Origin: a virus
IMG/VR virus record: IMGVR_UViG_3300036770_003135
Coordinates: 38,793 to 102,792 of that record
Length of the DNA stretch: 64,000 bases
Reading direction: 5' to 3' (one strand)
A program made the translations under genes and the position numbers. The notes under the pieces are model-generated. The model had not been told where the DNA came from. It searched no databases and saw nothing but the letters and a program-made list of their open reading frames with translations. Below are positions 19,920 to 29,967 of the stretch, one piece after another; position 1 is the stretch's first letter, and every line of letters begins with the position of its first letter.

Positions 19920-21875
19920 TTACCCAAATTTTTCTCTATTCTTTTTATATCTTATTTCAGTTGGTGAGATTGTACCATTAGGTGCATTTAATTTATGTAT
20001 TTCATTTTTAATTGTATTGATTAATCCAACATCTCGTAAAACATTTTCCATTTCTGACTTGTTAATGGTATTACCCATTACATTTATATTTAATGTTAAA
20101 TTAACATTTGTACTTGTATTTGTATTTAAATTTGTACTAAAAGAATCTTGTTTTTCTCCACTACTTAACATTTTATTAGGATCACCAGCAATAATCATAT
20201 CTCGTTGGTCTAATGAAAATGCACCAAATTCTCCAGTTAATACTCTACCATTAGTACCTGGAAATGATACTAAGTCCTTAGCAGGATTTGGAGCTTCTGT
20301 TCTTATAATTGTTCCACCACTCAACACAGTCTTAAGATTCGTAATTACAGGTCCTAATGTGTCTTCAGCTAAATTTTTAACTTGTTCTCCAAGTCTAGAA
20401 AAAACTTGAATCATTTTATTTTCACTATTAATAAACTGATTCCAATTTGCTGCGGCTTCATCTGTAAATTTGGTTGATATTTTATTGAAAAAATTATACA
20501 TATTTTCACCCGCTTGTTTAAATCCATCCAATGTTTTACCATCTAAAATACTATCAAACATTTGTTGTATTCCACTATCCATACTTTCTCTAATTTCTTT
20601 AGTATTGAAGGTATTAGTAAATGTTTCACTTATTGATTTATACATTTGAACTTCGGCTTGCATAATATCTTCACCAGATTTTGTCCCAGCAAAAGCATAA
20701 CCAGTAGCGTTTTTCATTGCCATTAAACTTGCATCAATACTCCCCAATACAGATAGTTGGTCTACTGCCAATTCTTCCATTTTCTTAGGTGGTAATTTTA
20801 ATTTCTCAATATCATCAGGACTTAATTGAGATATTAGTTTTTCTTTTGTTTGACCTTTTTCATCCGTGACTTTAATCCTATATTCACCATCCTTTCCTTT
20901 TTCTGCCATATTGGCAATTAGTTGTCTCGTTTCCTTTGATGCAAATTGGTCAACATCAGGAAATTTAATTTTTTTCATTTTATCTTCTAACTCAGCACTA
21001 CCTAAGGCCATCTTAGTTAATTCAGAATAACTCATACTCATAGCCTTACTTATTTCCATCAATCTACCCTTAGCTCCAGGCATAATTTCAAAGTTACCCT
21101 CTTTACCCATTGTTACAAAACTTTTTGTCATTTGTACAATTTGGTTTTGTAATTCAGCAGGGTCATTACGTGATAGATTCATTAATCTAAGTGGGTCTAA
21201 CAATTGTGATTGAGTTACACCTAATCTTTGTAATGCCGCAGCAGTTTCTATTGCACCTTCAGGATTGAAAACTTTATCTGCAAATTGTAAAGTTTCCTTC
21301 ATATTAATTCTTAAAGAAGATGCTTGTGCTGCCATTTTTGCTAAACCTTCAACACCACCTTGGAAGGTATATTTGTTAAGGGCATCCATATTCTGTATAA
21401 CATTCTCACTAACGGATTCAACATTTAAACCTAAAGTTCTTGCTGTGTCAACAACCTTTTGCATTTGTTCAGTTGTCTGATATACAGAATATCCAGCATT
21501 TTTAAAATTTTCAACAATACTACCAATTGATTCATTGGTTACTTTTGTCATAGCAAATAATTTATCATATGATTCAGAACTTAGAACCACATTTCGATTA
21601 AGTTTTGATGCTATTTCAGTTTGAATTGTATTAATATCATCAAAAGTACCTCCCATCTTAGCAACACTTTGATAAGCGTCAGTCATACTTTGTTTGATAA
21701 TACCAATTTGTTCTCTACCTTGTCCAAATGACTTGGCTATTGATGTCGCCTTTTCATCAACATCAAAAAAAACATCTCTCATTGCTTTTTGGTCAAATAA
21801 AGAACCAATACTTTCACCAATAGGACCACTAAGTGAACGTACATATCTACCTAAACCATCTAAACCACCTGCCAT
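19920..21875 (-). CDS. Tail tape measure protein
   Basis: Ala/Gln/Met-rich helical sequence with GLAKMAAQA; position after tube and chaperone genes. Confidence 0.75.
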   Translation of the reverse strand: MAGGLDGLGRYVRSLSGPIGESIGSLFDQKAMRDVFFDVDEKATSIAKSFGQGREQIGIIKQSMTDAYQSVAKMGGTFDDINTIQTEIASKLNRNVVLSSESYDKLFAMTKVTNESIGSIVENFKNAGYSVYQTTEQMQKVVDTARTLGLNVESVSENVIQNMDALNKYTFQGGVEGLAKMAAQASSLRINMKETLQFADKVFNPEGAIETAAALQRLGVTQSQLLDPLRLMNLSRNDPAELQNQIVQMTKSFVTMGKEGNFEIMPGAKGRLMEISKAMSMSYSELTKMALGSAELEDKMKKIKFPDVDQFASKETRQLIANMAEKGKDGEYRIKVTDEKGQTKEKLISQLSPDDIEKLKLPPKKMEELAVDQLSVLGSIDASLMAMKNATGYAFAGTKSGEDIMQAEVQMYKSISETFTNTFNTKEIRESMDSGIQQMFDSILDGKTLDGFKQAGENMYNFFNKISTKFTDEAAANWNQFINSENKMIQVFSRLGEQVKNLAEDTLGPVITNLKTVLSGGTIIRTEAPNPAKDLVSFPGTNGRVLTGEFGAFSLDQRDMIIAGDPNKMLSSGEKQDSFSTNLNTNTSTNVNLTLNINVMGNTINKSEMENVLRDVGLINTIKNEIHKLNAPNGTISPTEIRYKKNREKFG

Positions 21876-21905
21876 AAATTATTATTTACTATAAATATGA
21901 AATTT

Positions 21906-22064
21906 TTAATTTTCTTTAGGTGTATTAGTTTCTACTATTTTATTTATTAGGTATTTTCTAACATAAGTTGGGATGTTCAAGAATTCCGAATAAGATGTTC
22001 TCAGAAATCTTGCCATTAAATAATATTCATCCAACAAATATTTTGAATAACTAGAAGAAAGGAC
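21906..22064 (-). CDS. Tail assembly chaperone extension (GT/gp51-like), probably translated by +1 frameshift
   Basis: Overlaps the chaperone 3' end in the +1 frame; EYYLMARFLRTSYSEFLNIPTYVRKYLI resembles chaperone C-terminal extensions. Confidence 0.65.
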   Translation of the reverse strand, partial: VLSSSYSKYLLDEYYLMARFLRTSYSEFLNIPTYVRKYLINKIVETNTPKEN

Positions 22065-22809
22065 GAAAAAATTCAACCCCAAAGGTGATTTCATATTTCA
22101 CCGTTTCTCCTGATGGGGCTGTTGTTGTTTTTTTTAAATCTAATGATGGTATATTATCCTTTAAAAATTTTCTAATATATTTTGAGTCCCCAATTGGTAA
22201 AGTGTCTATAAATTTAGATATGTAACTTCTATCGTTATTTTCATTTACCTCCAAGATTTGTTTATTTAATCTCCAAGTTATTCTTGGTGGTACTAAATTA
22301 GCTGGATAATTATCAGCCATTTTATCAAGTTCTAATTGGTCTGAATAAGTCAAAGGTTTTAATTTAACTACAGCACCAGTCATAGGTAAAGTTACCAAAT
22401 AAGTACCATCATCATTTGGCATAACTTCAACTTTTTTAATATTTAATTCGTCTAAAACTATTGTCTCATCAAAATTTTTACCAGTTTTTGGATCGTTAAG
22501 TGTGATTGTATATTCAGAACCAAATGATGTATTTCTTAAAAATATTAAAATTGCCTCAACATCACTATCAACAAGTTCTTCAGGTTTTATATCTGGTTCA
22601 TAAATTTTTGACCTTAATAGTTGTAAAACTATATTATTATTTGCATTAGACGCTGCATTTATTAAAAAATTTTCATCGTTAGCTGTCAAATATCCAACTT
22701 TAATTGATTTTTTTTTGTTTTTGTAAAAAATACCCTTTGTTGGTAGTTGTACTACATCGTGAGCTAAAGGTAAATTTGTGTGAGCTGATTGTATTAAATC
22801 TTTGTCCAT
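22051..22809 (-). CDS. Tail/baseplate assembly chaperone (T4 gp26-like); likely start is MDKDLIQ at 22809
   Basis: LPTKGIFY, LTANDEN, DVEAILIFLRNTSFG, C-terminal FGVEFFRPFF; the ORF-track start at 22863 lies in the terminator. Confidence 0.8.
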   Translation of the reverse strand: MDKDLIQSAHTNLPLAHDVVQLPTKGIFYKNKKKSIKVGYLTANDENFLINAASNANNNIVLQLLRSKIYEPDIKPEELVDSDVEAILIFLRNTSFGSEYTITLNDPKTGKNFDETIVLDELNIKKVEVMPNDDGTYLVTLPMTGAVVKLKPLTYSDQLELDKMADNYPANLVPPRITWRLNKQILEVNENNDRSYISKFIDTLPIGDSKYIRKFLKDNIPSLDLKKTTTAPSGETVKYEITFGVEFFRPFF

Positions 22810-22851
22810 TTTTTTTATTTTAAAAATAAAGTATAAATAAATATTATAAAT

Positions 22852-22880
22852 AAAAAAACCCACATATATTGTGGGTTTTT
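22852..22880. terminator. Intrinsic terminator after the tail tube gene
   Basis: AAAAACCCAC-N7-GTGGGTTTTT with A/T runs on both sides. Confidence 0.8.
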
Positions 22881-22895
22881 ATGAATTTTATTTTT

Positions 22896-23384
22896 TTAGT
22901 AAACTAAAATACATCTATCCATTTGAAGAGTTGCTGAAATTGATGCTAGTGTATCAGACGCATAACCTAATGAATCAAAGTTAACACTAGTTAAGAAACA
23001 ATCTTGAATAATCCATTTTTCAACAACAACCCCAGTTGGGTCTAACATTTCTAAATCAACATCCTTTTTATAACCTGCAGCGTAACCCATACGACCTGTA
23101 ACTGATTCTGCACTCAAACGAACCCATTCCATTAATGCTTGAGATGCAGAAGGACCGATTGGGTCTCTAAATTTAACATTTATAGGATTCCATTTAAAAC
23201 GACCAGCAACATAAGTCGATGTGTTTAAGAAAGGAATTTCTTGAGATCCAATTGTAATACTTGGTCTAGATGCGGTTTCAACAAACCATTCGTTTATTCC
23301 TAAATCACTAGGGAATCGCATAATAAACCTATTCTGTCTTTTCGGTTCATAGGGAACCGGCATTTTCATTAATAAATCAGCCAT
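22896..23384 (-). CDS. Tail tube protein (gp19-like)
   Basis: EPKRQNRF, YVAGRFKWNPI...FRDPI, YKKDVDLEMLDPTGVVVEKW. Confidence 0.9.
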   Translation of the reverse strand: MADLLMKMPVPYEPKRQNRFIMRFPSDLGINEWFVETASRPSITIGSQEIPFLNTSTYVAGRFKWNPINVKFRDPIGPSASQALMEWVRLSAESVTGRMGYAAGYKKDVDLEMLDPTGVVVEKWIIQDCFLTSVNFDSLGYASDTLASISATLQMDRCILVY

Positions 23385-23516
23385 TTTATATCGTTTTAAT
23401 TTTATTCATTTATTTTATAATAAATATTGTGTTATTGAAAATTTTTCTATTTACTTTTACTTGAAAAAAATTATTCATTAATAAATCACATTATATATTA
23501 GTTATTATATATAATT

Positions 23517-24431
23517 TTAATTATATATGATTATTTTTTTAATTATATTTCTTAATTTATTTTCGAATTGTATTTCTAAATCATCTTCGAATTCAGGTTT
23601 TATTCCTTTTTCTCCTTTTTTAACTAATTTTTTTTCATCACCATGTGTTGAATATATATCAATACCTGTTGTGTTTGTAATAGCATACGCAATATTTTTT
23701 AAATCATCGTCTGAAAAACCAAAATATGCTTTAAATTTAAAATCATAGATACCATCAGCAGCTAATTTTGAATTCATAGCTTCAACCAATTCATTTCCAC
23801 TTGTTTGAAAGAAATTCATAGCCTTAGCTTTGATTTCTTCTGGTTTTGATGAACCAGTCGGATAATAATACCCTACAGTATAAAATAAACAACTATCTAA
23901 ATAATCATCAACCTCTTCTTCCATTGATAAAGGTTCTTGGCCTACTAATTCTTTACGATCAACTAAACTACGAAATAATGATTCTTTTGAAATACCATTT
24001 TCGTTGTTATCAATTAAATCTCTTAAAGATTCTTTTATTACTTGTGGTTTATGTCCTCTAGCGGTTATTATAGCCAAATAAGAACCTGAATTAATTGCCT
24101 CAACTAAATCAGGCCAAGATGGTGCTTGTTTAGATTTTTTAACATCTTTATAAAATTCTTCTTTACCTCCTCTAAATTTTCTAAACGGATTTTCACCCAT
24201 ACCTTTAACAGTTTTCCCTTTATAAACAAAAGGTTCACCACTAGTTAATTTAGACCTTAAATGAGCGAAATCTTCAGTGCCCATACCAATTTCTTTATTT
24301 TTGTCAGTAGTAACGTAAATCTGTGTTGGCATATACAATAGATTATCGTCCCAATCAAACATATAAAATTTTATTGGAATTTCTTTTACTTTTGATTGTT
24401 CTCTTAAAATTCTTCGTATTAAATTTCTCAT
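23517..24431 (-). CDS. HAD-superfamily phosphatase-like protein with a basic-helix leader
   Basis: Motif I FDWDDNL, II IITARGH, IV FSDDDLKN; leader MRNLIRRILREQ. Confidence 0.75.
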   Translation of the reverse strand: MRNLIRRILREQSKVKEIPIKFYMFDWDDNLLYMPTQIYVTTDKNKEIGMGTEDFAHLRSKLTSGEPFVYKGKTVKGMGENPFRKFRGGKEEFYKDVKKSKQAPSWPDLVEAINSGSYLAIITARGHKPQVIKESLRDLIDNNENGISKESLFRSLVDRKELVGQEPLSMEEEVDDYLDSCLFYTVGYYYPTGSSKPEEIKAKAMNFFQTSGNELVEAMNSKLAADGIYDFKFKAYFGFSDDDLKNIAYAITNTTGIDIYSTHGDEKKLVKKGEKGIKPEFEDDLEIQFENKLRNIIKKIIIYN

Positions 24432-24452
24432 ATTAATAAATATTGTGATTAT

Positions 24453-24484
24453 AAAAAAATGGGGGAGAATTAATTCTCCCCCAT
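24453..24484 (-). terminator. Intrinsic terminator after the sheath gene
   Basis: ATGGGGGAGAAT-TA-ATTCTCCCCCAT with a T7 tail on the minus strand. Confidence 0.85.
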
Positions 24485-24500
24485 AAATATCAGATAACTT

Positions 24501-27500
24501 TTAAATGTTTTCAAACGAAGCACCTGTTGGAGTTATATAGAATGTAATATCTATAAATTCAAGGGCTTTTGTTGGTTTAACATAAATCTTACCAGTAAGT
24601 TGATTTCTATCCAAATCAGCTGGTTCAGAAGAAACTGTTACACGGAAATCGTATAAACCTCTATCTCTTCTAATTGCATCAAGAATAGGATTAACAGCGT
24701 CTAGGAAGTCCTGTCTAACTTTTTCATCATTTTGTTCAAATAACAATCTTACTGAAACTGCTGAAATTAATTTACGAGCTTGTAGTAACAATCTTCTTAC
24801 ATTAATTCTATCTAAAGCAGATTCTCTTATTTGCATTGTTTTGTTACCCCAAATTACAGTTCCAATATCAGAGAAAGTTGCAATTGGATTAATTCTACCT
24901 TTGTAAAGTACATCTCTATCCTCTTGTGTTAATTTCTTTCTAGCTTTAACAGCATTAACAATACCTCTTGTATAACCAGCCGCAGCAAACCAAGGGAAAG
25001 CAATGTTGTCTGTAAGGGCAAGATTTTTACAAACCTCAGCTGTTGGTGGTAAGTATATTTGAGTGTTATTAACACTATCTCTCGTTAATACCCAAGGATA
25101 ATATGTTGCGGTGTAGTTAGAGTCTAAAACCAAATCTTCTAATCTATCTACAGCTTCTTGTGGTAATACCAAATCTTGTGAATCACCTAATGTTGGTGTA
25201 AACATATTATAGTCAGGTGTTGTTACAATATATATTGAGTCGGCTCTACTAAATTCAATCATTTCAATTGCAGATTCAACCAAGTTACTATTGTTATAAT
25301 AATCAACACCTGGTGTAACAAATACATTGATATTCACAGCTTCTGGATTAGCGAATGTTTGTTGTCCTAATAGATAAGCATAATAATCAGTATTAGCATA
25401 ATCTTGAGTATTATCACCAACTGTTATTTGTTTAAACGCTCCCCATCCTGAAGCTGAAGGATATTTAGTTGAACAACTATTACTTGCCCCTTTCAAATAT
25501 CCCGCCTTACCTATTACAAATCTATCTCCATTAGTTCTATATTCTCTGTATATATCCCAACCATCAAAACCACCAGCACATAGTAATGTAAATTTACGAG
25601 CAAATAATCTATAGTATTGATTAGTTTCGTCAGATGGATCAGAAGTGAAAGGCGATGCACCAACAAAGAACTCAGGTGTTCCACTTGTTGTATACGCACC
25701 TTGAATAGTTATGCCACTTGCATTGATATCCATATGATAACCTCTTGTTTTATATGCCCAATTATCGGCAGTAGTATCACAAGCAATATTTAATGGTAAT
25801 TGTTTACCTTTATATTTGAACATATCTACATCAATACCAACAGTATCAGAAATACCTAAATAAGTTCTTCTAAAATTATCACCATTACTAAGTACAGCAT
25901 CATCAACACCCAAACCAGAGCCAAATGGTGGATTGTAGACAACTTCACCTGGATAATCATATTTCTCTTTATATATTGGGAATGGGGGTGTTGCGCCACC
26001 ATACTCTCTGATAGTGTAACCCTCAAAACCACAAGGTAAAGCATCTTCTGGTGCATCCAAATTCATCTCAACCATTATGTATTTTGAATTTAATTGATAT
26101 TCTCCATCAACAGTACCAATTCTAGTTGCTATATAATTATTTTCATTTGGATTCATAGCAAGATTAGTAAATGATTCTAAAACAACTGGATTAGCATCAG
26201 TATCAAAGAAATTTCTAACAATTACATCAAATGTTCCATTGTTAAATGAAATATTCCTGATTGAAATCTTAACTTCAGTATTTGCGGCATCCCCATCTGA
26301 AATTGTAACAAATTTGAAAAGTCTGAATACTTTATTACCTCTTAATTCTGAAACAACCCAAGGAGATGATGGTGATTGATATCTGTCTAAATACCAACCA
26401 ATAGTTGTAGTGTCAATACCTTGTCTTGCATTTGGTAGTGCGGTTAAGTTACAATTTAAACCTCTAATATAACCTTTTCTATAAGCATAATTTAACAATG
26501 TATAATATTCTTCCTCAACAAAAAGTGGAACTAAATTTCTTGGTTTACCAAAGTTTGTTTTACCAAAAACTTTACTAATATAATTTGTATCGGAATTCGT
26601 GAAAGATGTCTCAAAAAAGAAACTTTCATTATCTTTGTTAGTTACATTTATACCAAATGTTGAAAAAGGGTTTTTAGTTACAGCTGAATATGTCCCAGAA
26701 CAATTCATAGTTACATTACTTAAATCATCTACATCATAAACAGCACCATTATCTGAACCATAAGTAGCTAAACCTCTTGAACGTAATGTTGCTAAAACCA
26801 AATTATCATATTCAATGAAAGATGTACCAGTATAAACATAAGTCAAACCAGTAACAGTTCCACTATAACAAGTTGTTATTGTTGGTGTTGGGAAAGTTCC
26901 AGTATTTCCTGTTGTACAAGTACCACAAGTACCAGGTAATACTATATTTACAGTCCAAGCGGATATTGCTGTTCCATCTTCAGATGTTAAAGTATAAGAT
27001 TTAGTTAGAGCACTAAAATCAACATTATTTTCTACTGAAGCCTGAATAACACTCTCACTTGTAACACCAGTCGTACAAGCACTAAACGTAACAGTCATTG
27101 CTGTAATATCCGCAGTAGTTGCAGTTAATGGTAAACAAAGATTAATTGTGTTAGTGTTATAGTTTATACCACCAACTACAGTACTAATTGTACTTGAACT
27201 AACTTGGTAAGAATAGAATGATGCACAATTAGATTTTGATGATGTTTCTACAATAGTGTCAACTACATTGTAGAATGAATAACCCGTGTAATCATTATTA
27301 CCAATGTTATCAAATGTTGCATAATACCAAGTATCGTTTACTGGGGCTGAGTAATTAGATAAATCTGAACTTACGTTATCAACTCCAAAAACATTTGTAC
27401 TTGCAGTATAACCAGTTAAAGTATCATAAGTACCACCAGAAATTACACCAAAATAATTTATTGAATAAGCAGAACTTGATGGTGTGTTAATTACACCTAA

Positions 27501-28085
27501 TATTTGATTCTTTAAATCGGTTGCTATGGTTGATGTAGAACCATTAAATTTCTCATAAACATTATTCAAATCGTTTGATAATATATTATAAGAACCACCT
27601 ACAAATGAAATTGAATTTATACCACTAGTACAACCTGTAAAATCAATTGAATAAGGTATTACGTTGAATTCAATACATTGAGTTACACAACTTAATGTAG
27701 TTGAACTTAAACATTCAAAACCAACAGTAGACTGGTCAACATTTGCTATTGTCAAAATTGACCAAGAAGGTCCCGCATCATAACCTGAAAGACCCAATAC
27801 TCTTGTTACAAACAATTGGTTAGATTGTTGTAAGTATGCTTTTGCGATATATGCTGCCTCATACTTAGGGATTTGTGTGTTAACGAATTTCTCTGCTGAT
27901 GTCCCTCCAAAATAAGTTGAAAATTCATCAAAGTTGGTAATAAAGATTGGTTCGAAGGCAGGACCTTTAATAGTCTCACCAACAATACCTAACGTTGTAA
28001 CACCAACACTTTGAGAAACAAAACTTAAATCAACCTCGGAAGTGTAAACACCAGGAGAAACAAAAACTTTATTGCTTGTTGCCAT
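24501..28085 (-). CDS. Tail sheath protein (gp18-like) with large insertions
   Basis: FVSPGVYTSEVDLS, GETIKGPAFEP, PWFAAAGYTRG, INPIATF...WGNKT...LDRINVRRLL, KPTKALEFIDITF. Confidence 0.95.
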   Translation of the reverse strand: MATSNKVFVSPGVYTSEVDLSFVSQSVGVTTLGIVGETIKGPAFEPIFITNFDEFSTYFGGTSAEKFVNTQIPKYEAAYIAKAYLQQSNQLFVTRVLGLSGYDAGPSWSILTIANVDQSTVGFECLSSTTLSCVTQCIEFNVIPYSIDFTGCTSGINSISFVGGSYNILSNDLNNVYEKFNGSTSTIATDLKNQILGVINTPSSSAYSINYFGVISGGTYDTLTGYTASTNVFGVDNVSSDLSNYSAPVNDTWYYATFDNIGNNDYTGYSFYNVVDTIVETSSKSNCASFYSYQVSSSTISTVVGGINYNTNTINLCLPLTATTADITAMTVTFSACTTGVTSESVIQASVENNVDFSALTKSYTLTSEDGTAISAWTVNIVLPGTCGTCTTGNTGTFPTPTITTCYSGTVTGLTYVYTGTSFIEYDNLVLATLRSRGLATYGSDNGAVYDVDDLSNVTMNCSGTYSAVTKNPFSTFGINVTNKDNESFFFETSFTNSDTNYISKVFGKTNFGKPRNLVPLFVEEEYYTLLNYAYRKGYIRGLNCNLTALPNARQGIDTTTIGWYLDRYQSPSSPWVVSELRGNKVFRLFKFVTISDGDAANTEVKISIRNISFNNGTFDVIVRNFFDTDANPVVLESFTNLAMNPNENNYIATRIGTVDGEYQLNSKYIMVEMNLDAPEDALPCGFEGYTIREYGGATPPFPIYKEKYDYPGEVVYNPPFGSGLGVDDAVLSNGDNFRRTYLGISDTVGIDVDMFKYKGKQLPLNIACDTTADNWAYKTRGYHMDINASGITIQGAYTTSGTPEFFVGASPFTSDPSDETNQYYRLFARKFTLLCAGGFDGWDIYREYRTNGDRFVIGKAGYLKGASNSCSTKYPSASGWGAFKQITVGDNTQDYANTDYYAYLLGQQTFANPEAVNINVFVTPGVDYYNNSNLVESAIEMIEFSRADSIYIVTTPDYNMFTPTLGDSQDLVLPQEAVDRLEDLVLDSNYTATYYPWVLTRDSVNNTQIYLPPTAEVCKNLALTDNIAFPWFAAAGYTRGIVNAVKARKKLTQEDRDVLYKGRINPIATFSDIGTVIWGNKTMQIRESALDRINVRRLLLQARKLISAVSVRLLFEQNDEKVRQDFLDAVNPILDAIRRDRGLYDFRVTVSSEPADLDRNQLTGKIYVKPTKALEFIDITFYITPTGASFENI

Positions 28086-28172
28086 TTTTTTTAGTTTAAA
28101 TAATTTATTTTTAGATAAATATTAAGCAAAACAACAAAATTCTTTACTTTGGTATATGTATATATAAATTGA

Positions 28173-28199
28173 GTAGAATAAATTCTACCTTTTTTCTAC
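28173..28199. promoter_or_regulatory. Palindromic operator candidate
   Basis: GTAGAAT-AA-ATTCTAC plus a third TTCTAC half-site directly before the ATG at 28201. Confidence 0.5.
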
Positions 28200-28200
28200 T

Positions 28201-28365
28201 ATGGATAAAGAGGTTAAAAAAATAAAAAATTTAAAGATATCAATTGAGGTTCATAACCTTTTAAAAAACTATTGTGATAAAAATGGTATTAAAATGTATC
28301 GTTTTTTGGAAAGACTGATAGTTGAGAAGTGTAAGGAAAAAAAAGATATATATGGTGATGTTTAA
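28201..28365 (+). CDS. Small ribbon-helix-helix-like DNA-binding protein (54 aa, below the ORF-track cutoff)
   Basis: MDKEVKKIKNLKISIEVHNLLKNYCDKNGIKMYRFLERLIVEKCKEKKDIYGDV; beta-strand, helix, G-turn, helix pattern. Confidence 0.75.
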   Translation: MDKEVKKIKNLKISIEVHNLLKNYCDKNGIKMYRFLERLIVEKCKEKKDIYGDV

Positions 28366-29399
28366 ATTAAAACACTATTTAAAACAATCTTTGATTCTAA
28401 AGATGGATTATCTTTCTCAACAATAAATTTTAAAGTATCATTTGTGTTTATTTGAATAGATGTTAAATCAGTACCATAAAAATCGTTATTGATATACACA
28501 TCATATGTTATAATATTTTCTGTATCTTCAACAACAATATCTGCGGTATACTCTATTTTTTGCATAACCATAGTAGAACCTGTTTTAACAATTAAATCCA
28601 AATTATATTTAGATGGGACGTAATCAACTTTCTTTTGTCTCTTAACTTTCTTTTCATCCACTTCCAATATTTGTAGAACTCTATTTACTGCTGGAGAAAC
28701 TTCAAATTCATTTTCATCTATTAAAAATCCCATCATAACAAAATCATAACTTTGAATGTAATATTTTCTTTTTTCCATATCCATTACTGATTCATCAGTT
28801 ATATTTGTCATTTTAATTGGTATGTAATGTCCTTTAATAATTTGATATGATTGTAGTGATGAAAACTTTTCAATAACAACTTTATTGAATTGGTTTAGTT
28901 CTCTCATTCTATTACATACAATTTTTACTTGGAATGTAATATCCACTGGAACTGGTTGTGGTATTTTATACACATCAACTCCAACTCTATTACCATCCCA
29001 AGTTGGAACTTGAGCATAAAAATATTGTCTTCTATTTGGTATTGTATATAAAGTAGCTGGGTTTGTACCATATTTTACTTCAGGAATTCTAACAATTGAA
29101 ATAAATGGCGGTTCAACATTTTTATCCAAATTTTGTAAATTCCAAGTTTCAGTAAATTGTGCCCAATTTTGTGTTGTTATTAATATATCAATTGTTGGTA
29201 TAACTTTACCATCAACAATAGTCTTTAATTCATTCTTAACAAAATCCAAAAAACCGCCATCCAAATCTGCGTGTAATAAAGACTTGGGTAAATATGTACC
29301 ATCTTTGTTAATCTTATCAACCAATTCTTTTCTCCTTTCTAAAAGAATCTTTGACTCAGTTAATGGTATATCTTTTTTTATTTTCTTTGGTAGTGGCAT
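28362..29399 (-). CDS. Tail terminator/completion protein (gp15-like)
   Basis: PFISIVR...KIPQPVPVDITFQVKIVC...ELNQF; adjacent to the sheath gene. Confidence 0.65.
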   Translation of the reverse strand: MPLPKKIKKDIPLTESKILLERRKELVDKINKDGTYLPKSLLHADLDGGFLDFVKNELKTIVDGKVIPTIDILITTQNWAQFTETWNLQNLDKNVEPPFISIVRIPEVKYGTNPATLYTIPNRRQYFYAQVPTWDGNRVGVDVYKIPQPVPVDITFQVKIVCNRMRELNQFNKVVIEKFSSLQSYQIIKGHYIPIKMTNITDESVMDMEKRKYYIQSYDFVMMGFLIDENEFEVSPAVNRVLQILEVDEKKVKRQKKVDYVPSKYNLDLIVKTGSTMVMQKIEYTADIVVEDTENIITYDVYINNDFYGTDLTSIQINTNDTLKFIVEKDNPSLESKIVLNSVLI

Positions 29400-29401
29400 A
29401 A

Positions 29402-29920
29402 TTACAATCCTCTAAATTCATTATCAACAACTGCCGAAGCTGTTATTGTTCTATAATATGGTTTATACCCCGCATAGTTATGTTTATTGTCAGATACAAC
29501 CCTTCCATCATTATTAACAACATAATATCTAATTCTATCCTCAGTTTCATTATAACCCAAATAATCCCCATAATTAATGTCAATTCCCAATTCATCCAAT
29601 TGTTTTTGATAAATTGAAAATCTCATATTACCAGGTTCGGTTTGGTTAATACCAGGTTTATTACCCGCAATCATTTTATTCTCAGGTGCTGATATTTGAA
29701 CATATCCTTTTAATTCAATTGGAGGTAGAAATTTAATTCCATCCTTTAATGCTTCACCATATACATCGTCAGTCTTTGTTTTCATTCTGTCTATACGATA
29801 TAATACTATGGTGAAGTTCATATCCCCATATAACCATTCCTCACCCATTGATATATCCAATTGATAATCACTCGCGTCAAAGAATTTACCAATTCTTGTT
29901 ATAGGTATTTTATTTGTCAT
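29402..29920 (-). CDS. Head-closure/neck protein (gp14-like)
   Basis: IVLYRID...DDVYGEA...PPIELKGYV...GDYL. Confidence 0.6.
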   Translation of the reverse strand: MTNKIPITRIGKFFDASDYQLDISMGEEWLYGDMNFTIVLYRIDRMKTKTDDVYGEALKDGIKFLPPIELKGYVQISAPENKMIAGNKPGINQTEPGNMRFSIYQKQLDELGIDINYGDYLGYNETEDRIRYYVVNNDGRVVSDNKHNYAGYKPYYRTITASAVVDNEFRGL

Positions 29921-29967
29921 ATTGATAAATATTAAGATATCAACTATTTTTATGTTAAAAATTTACT

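Noticed and set aside
23420-28150. AAAGTAAA element upstream of TATTTAT at the tube and sheath genes
   Set aside because: Only two clear cases, with different spacing (23 versus 21 nt)
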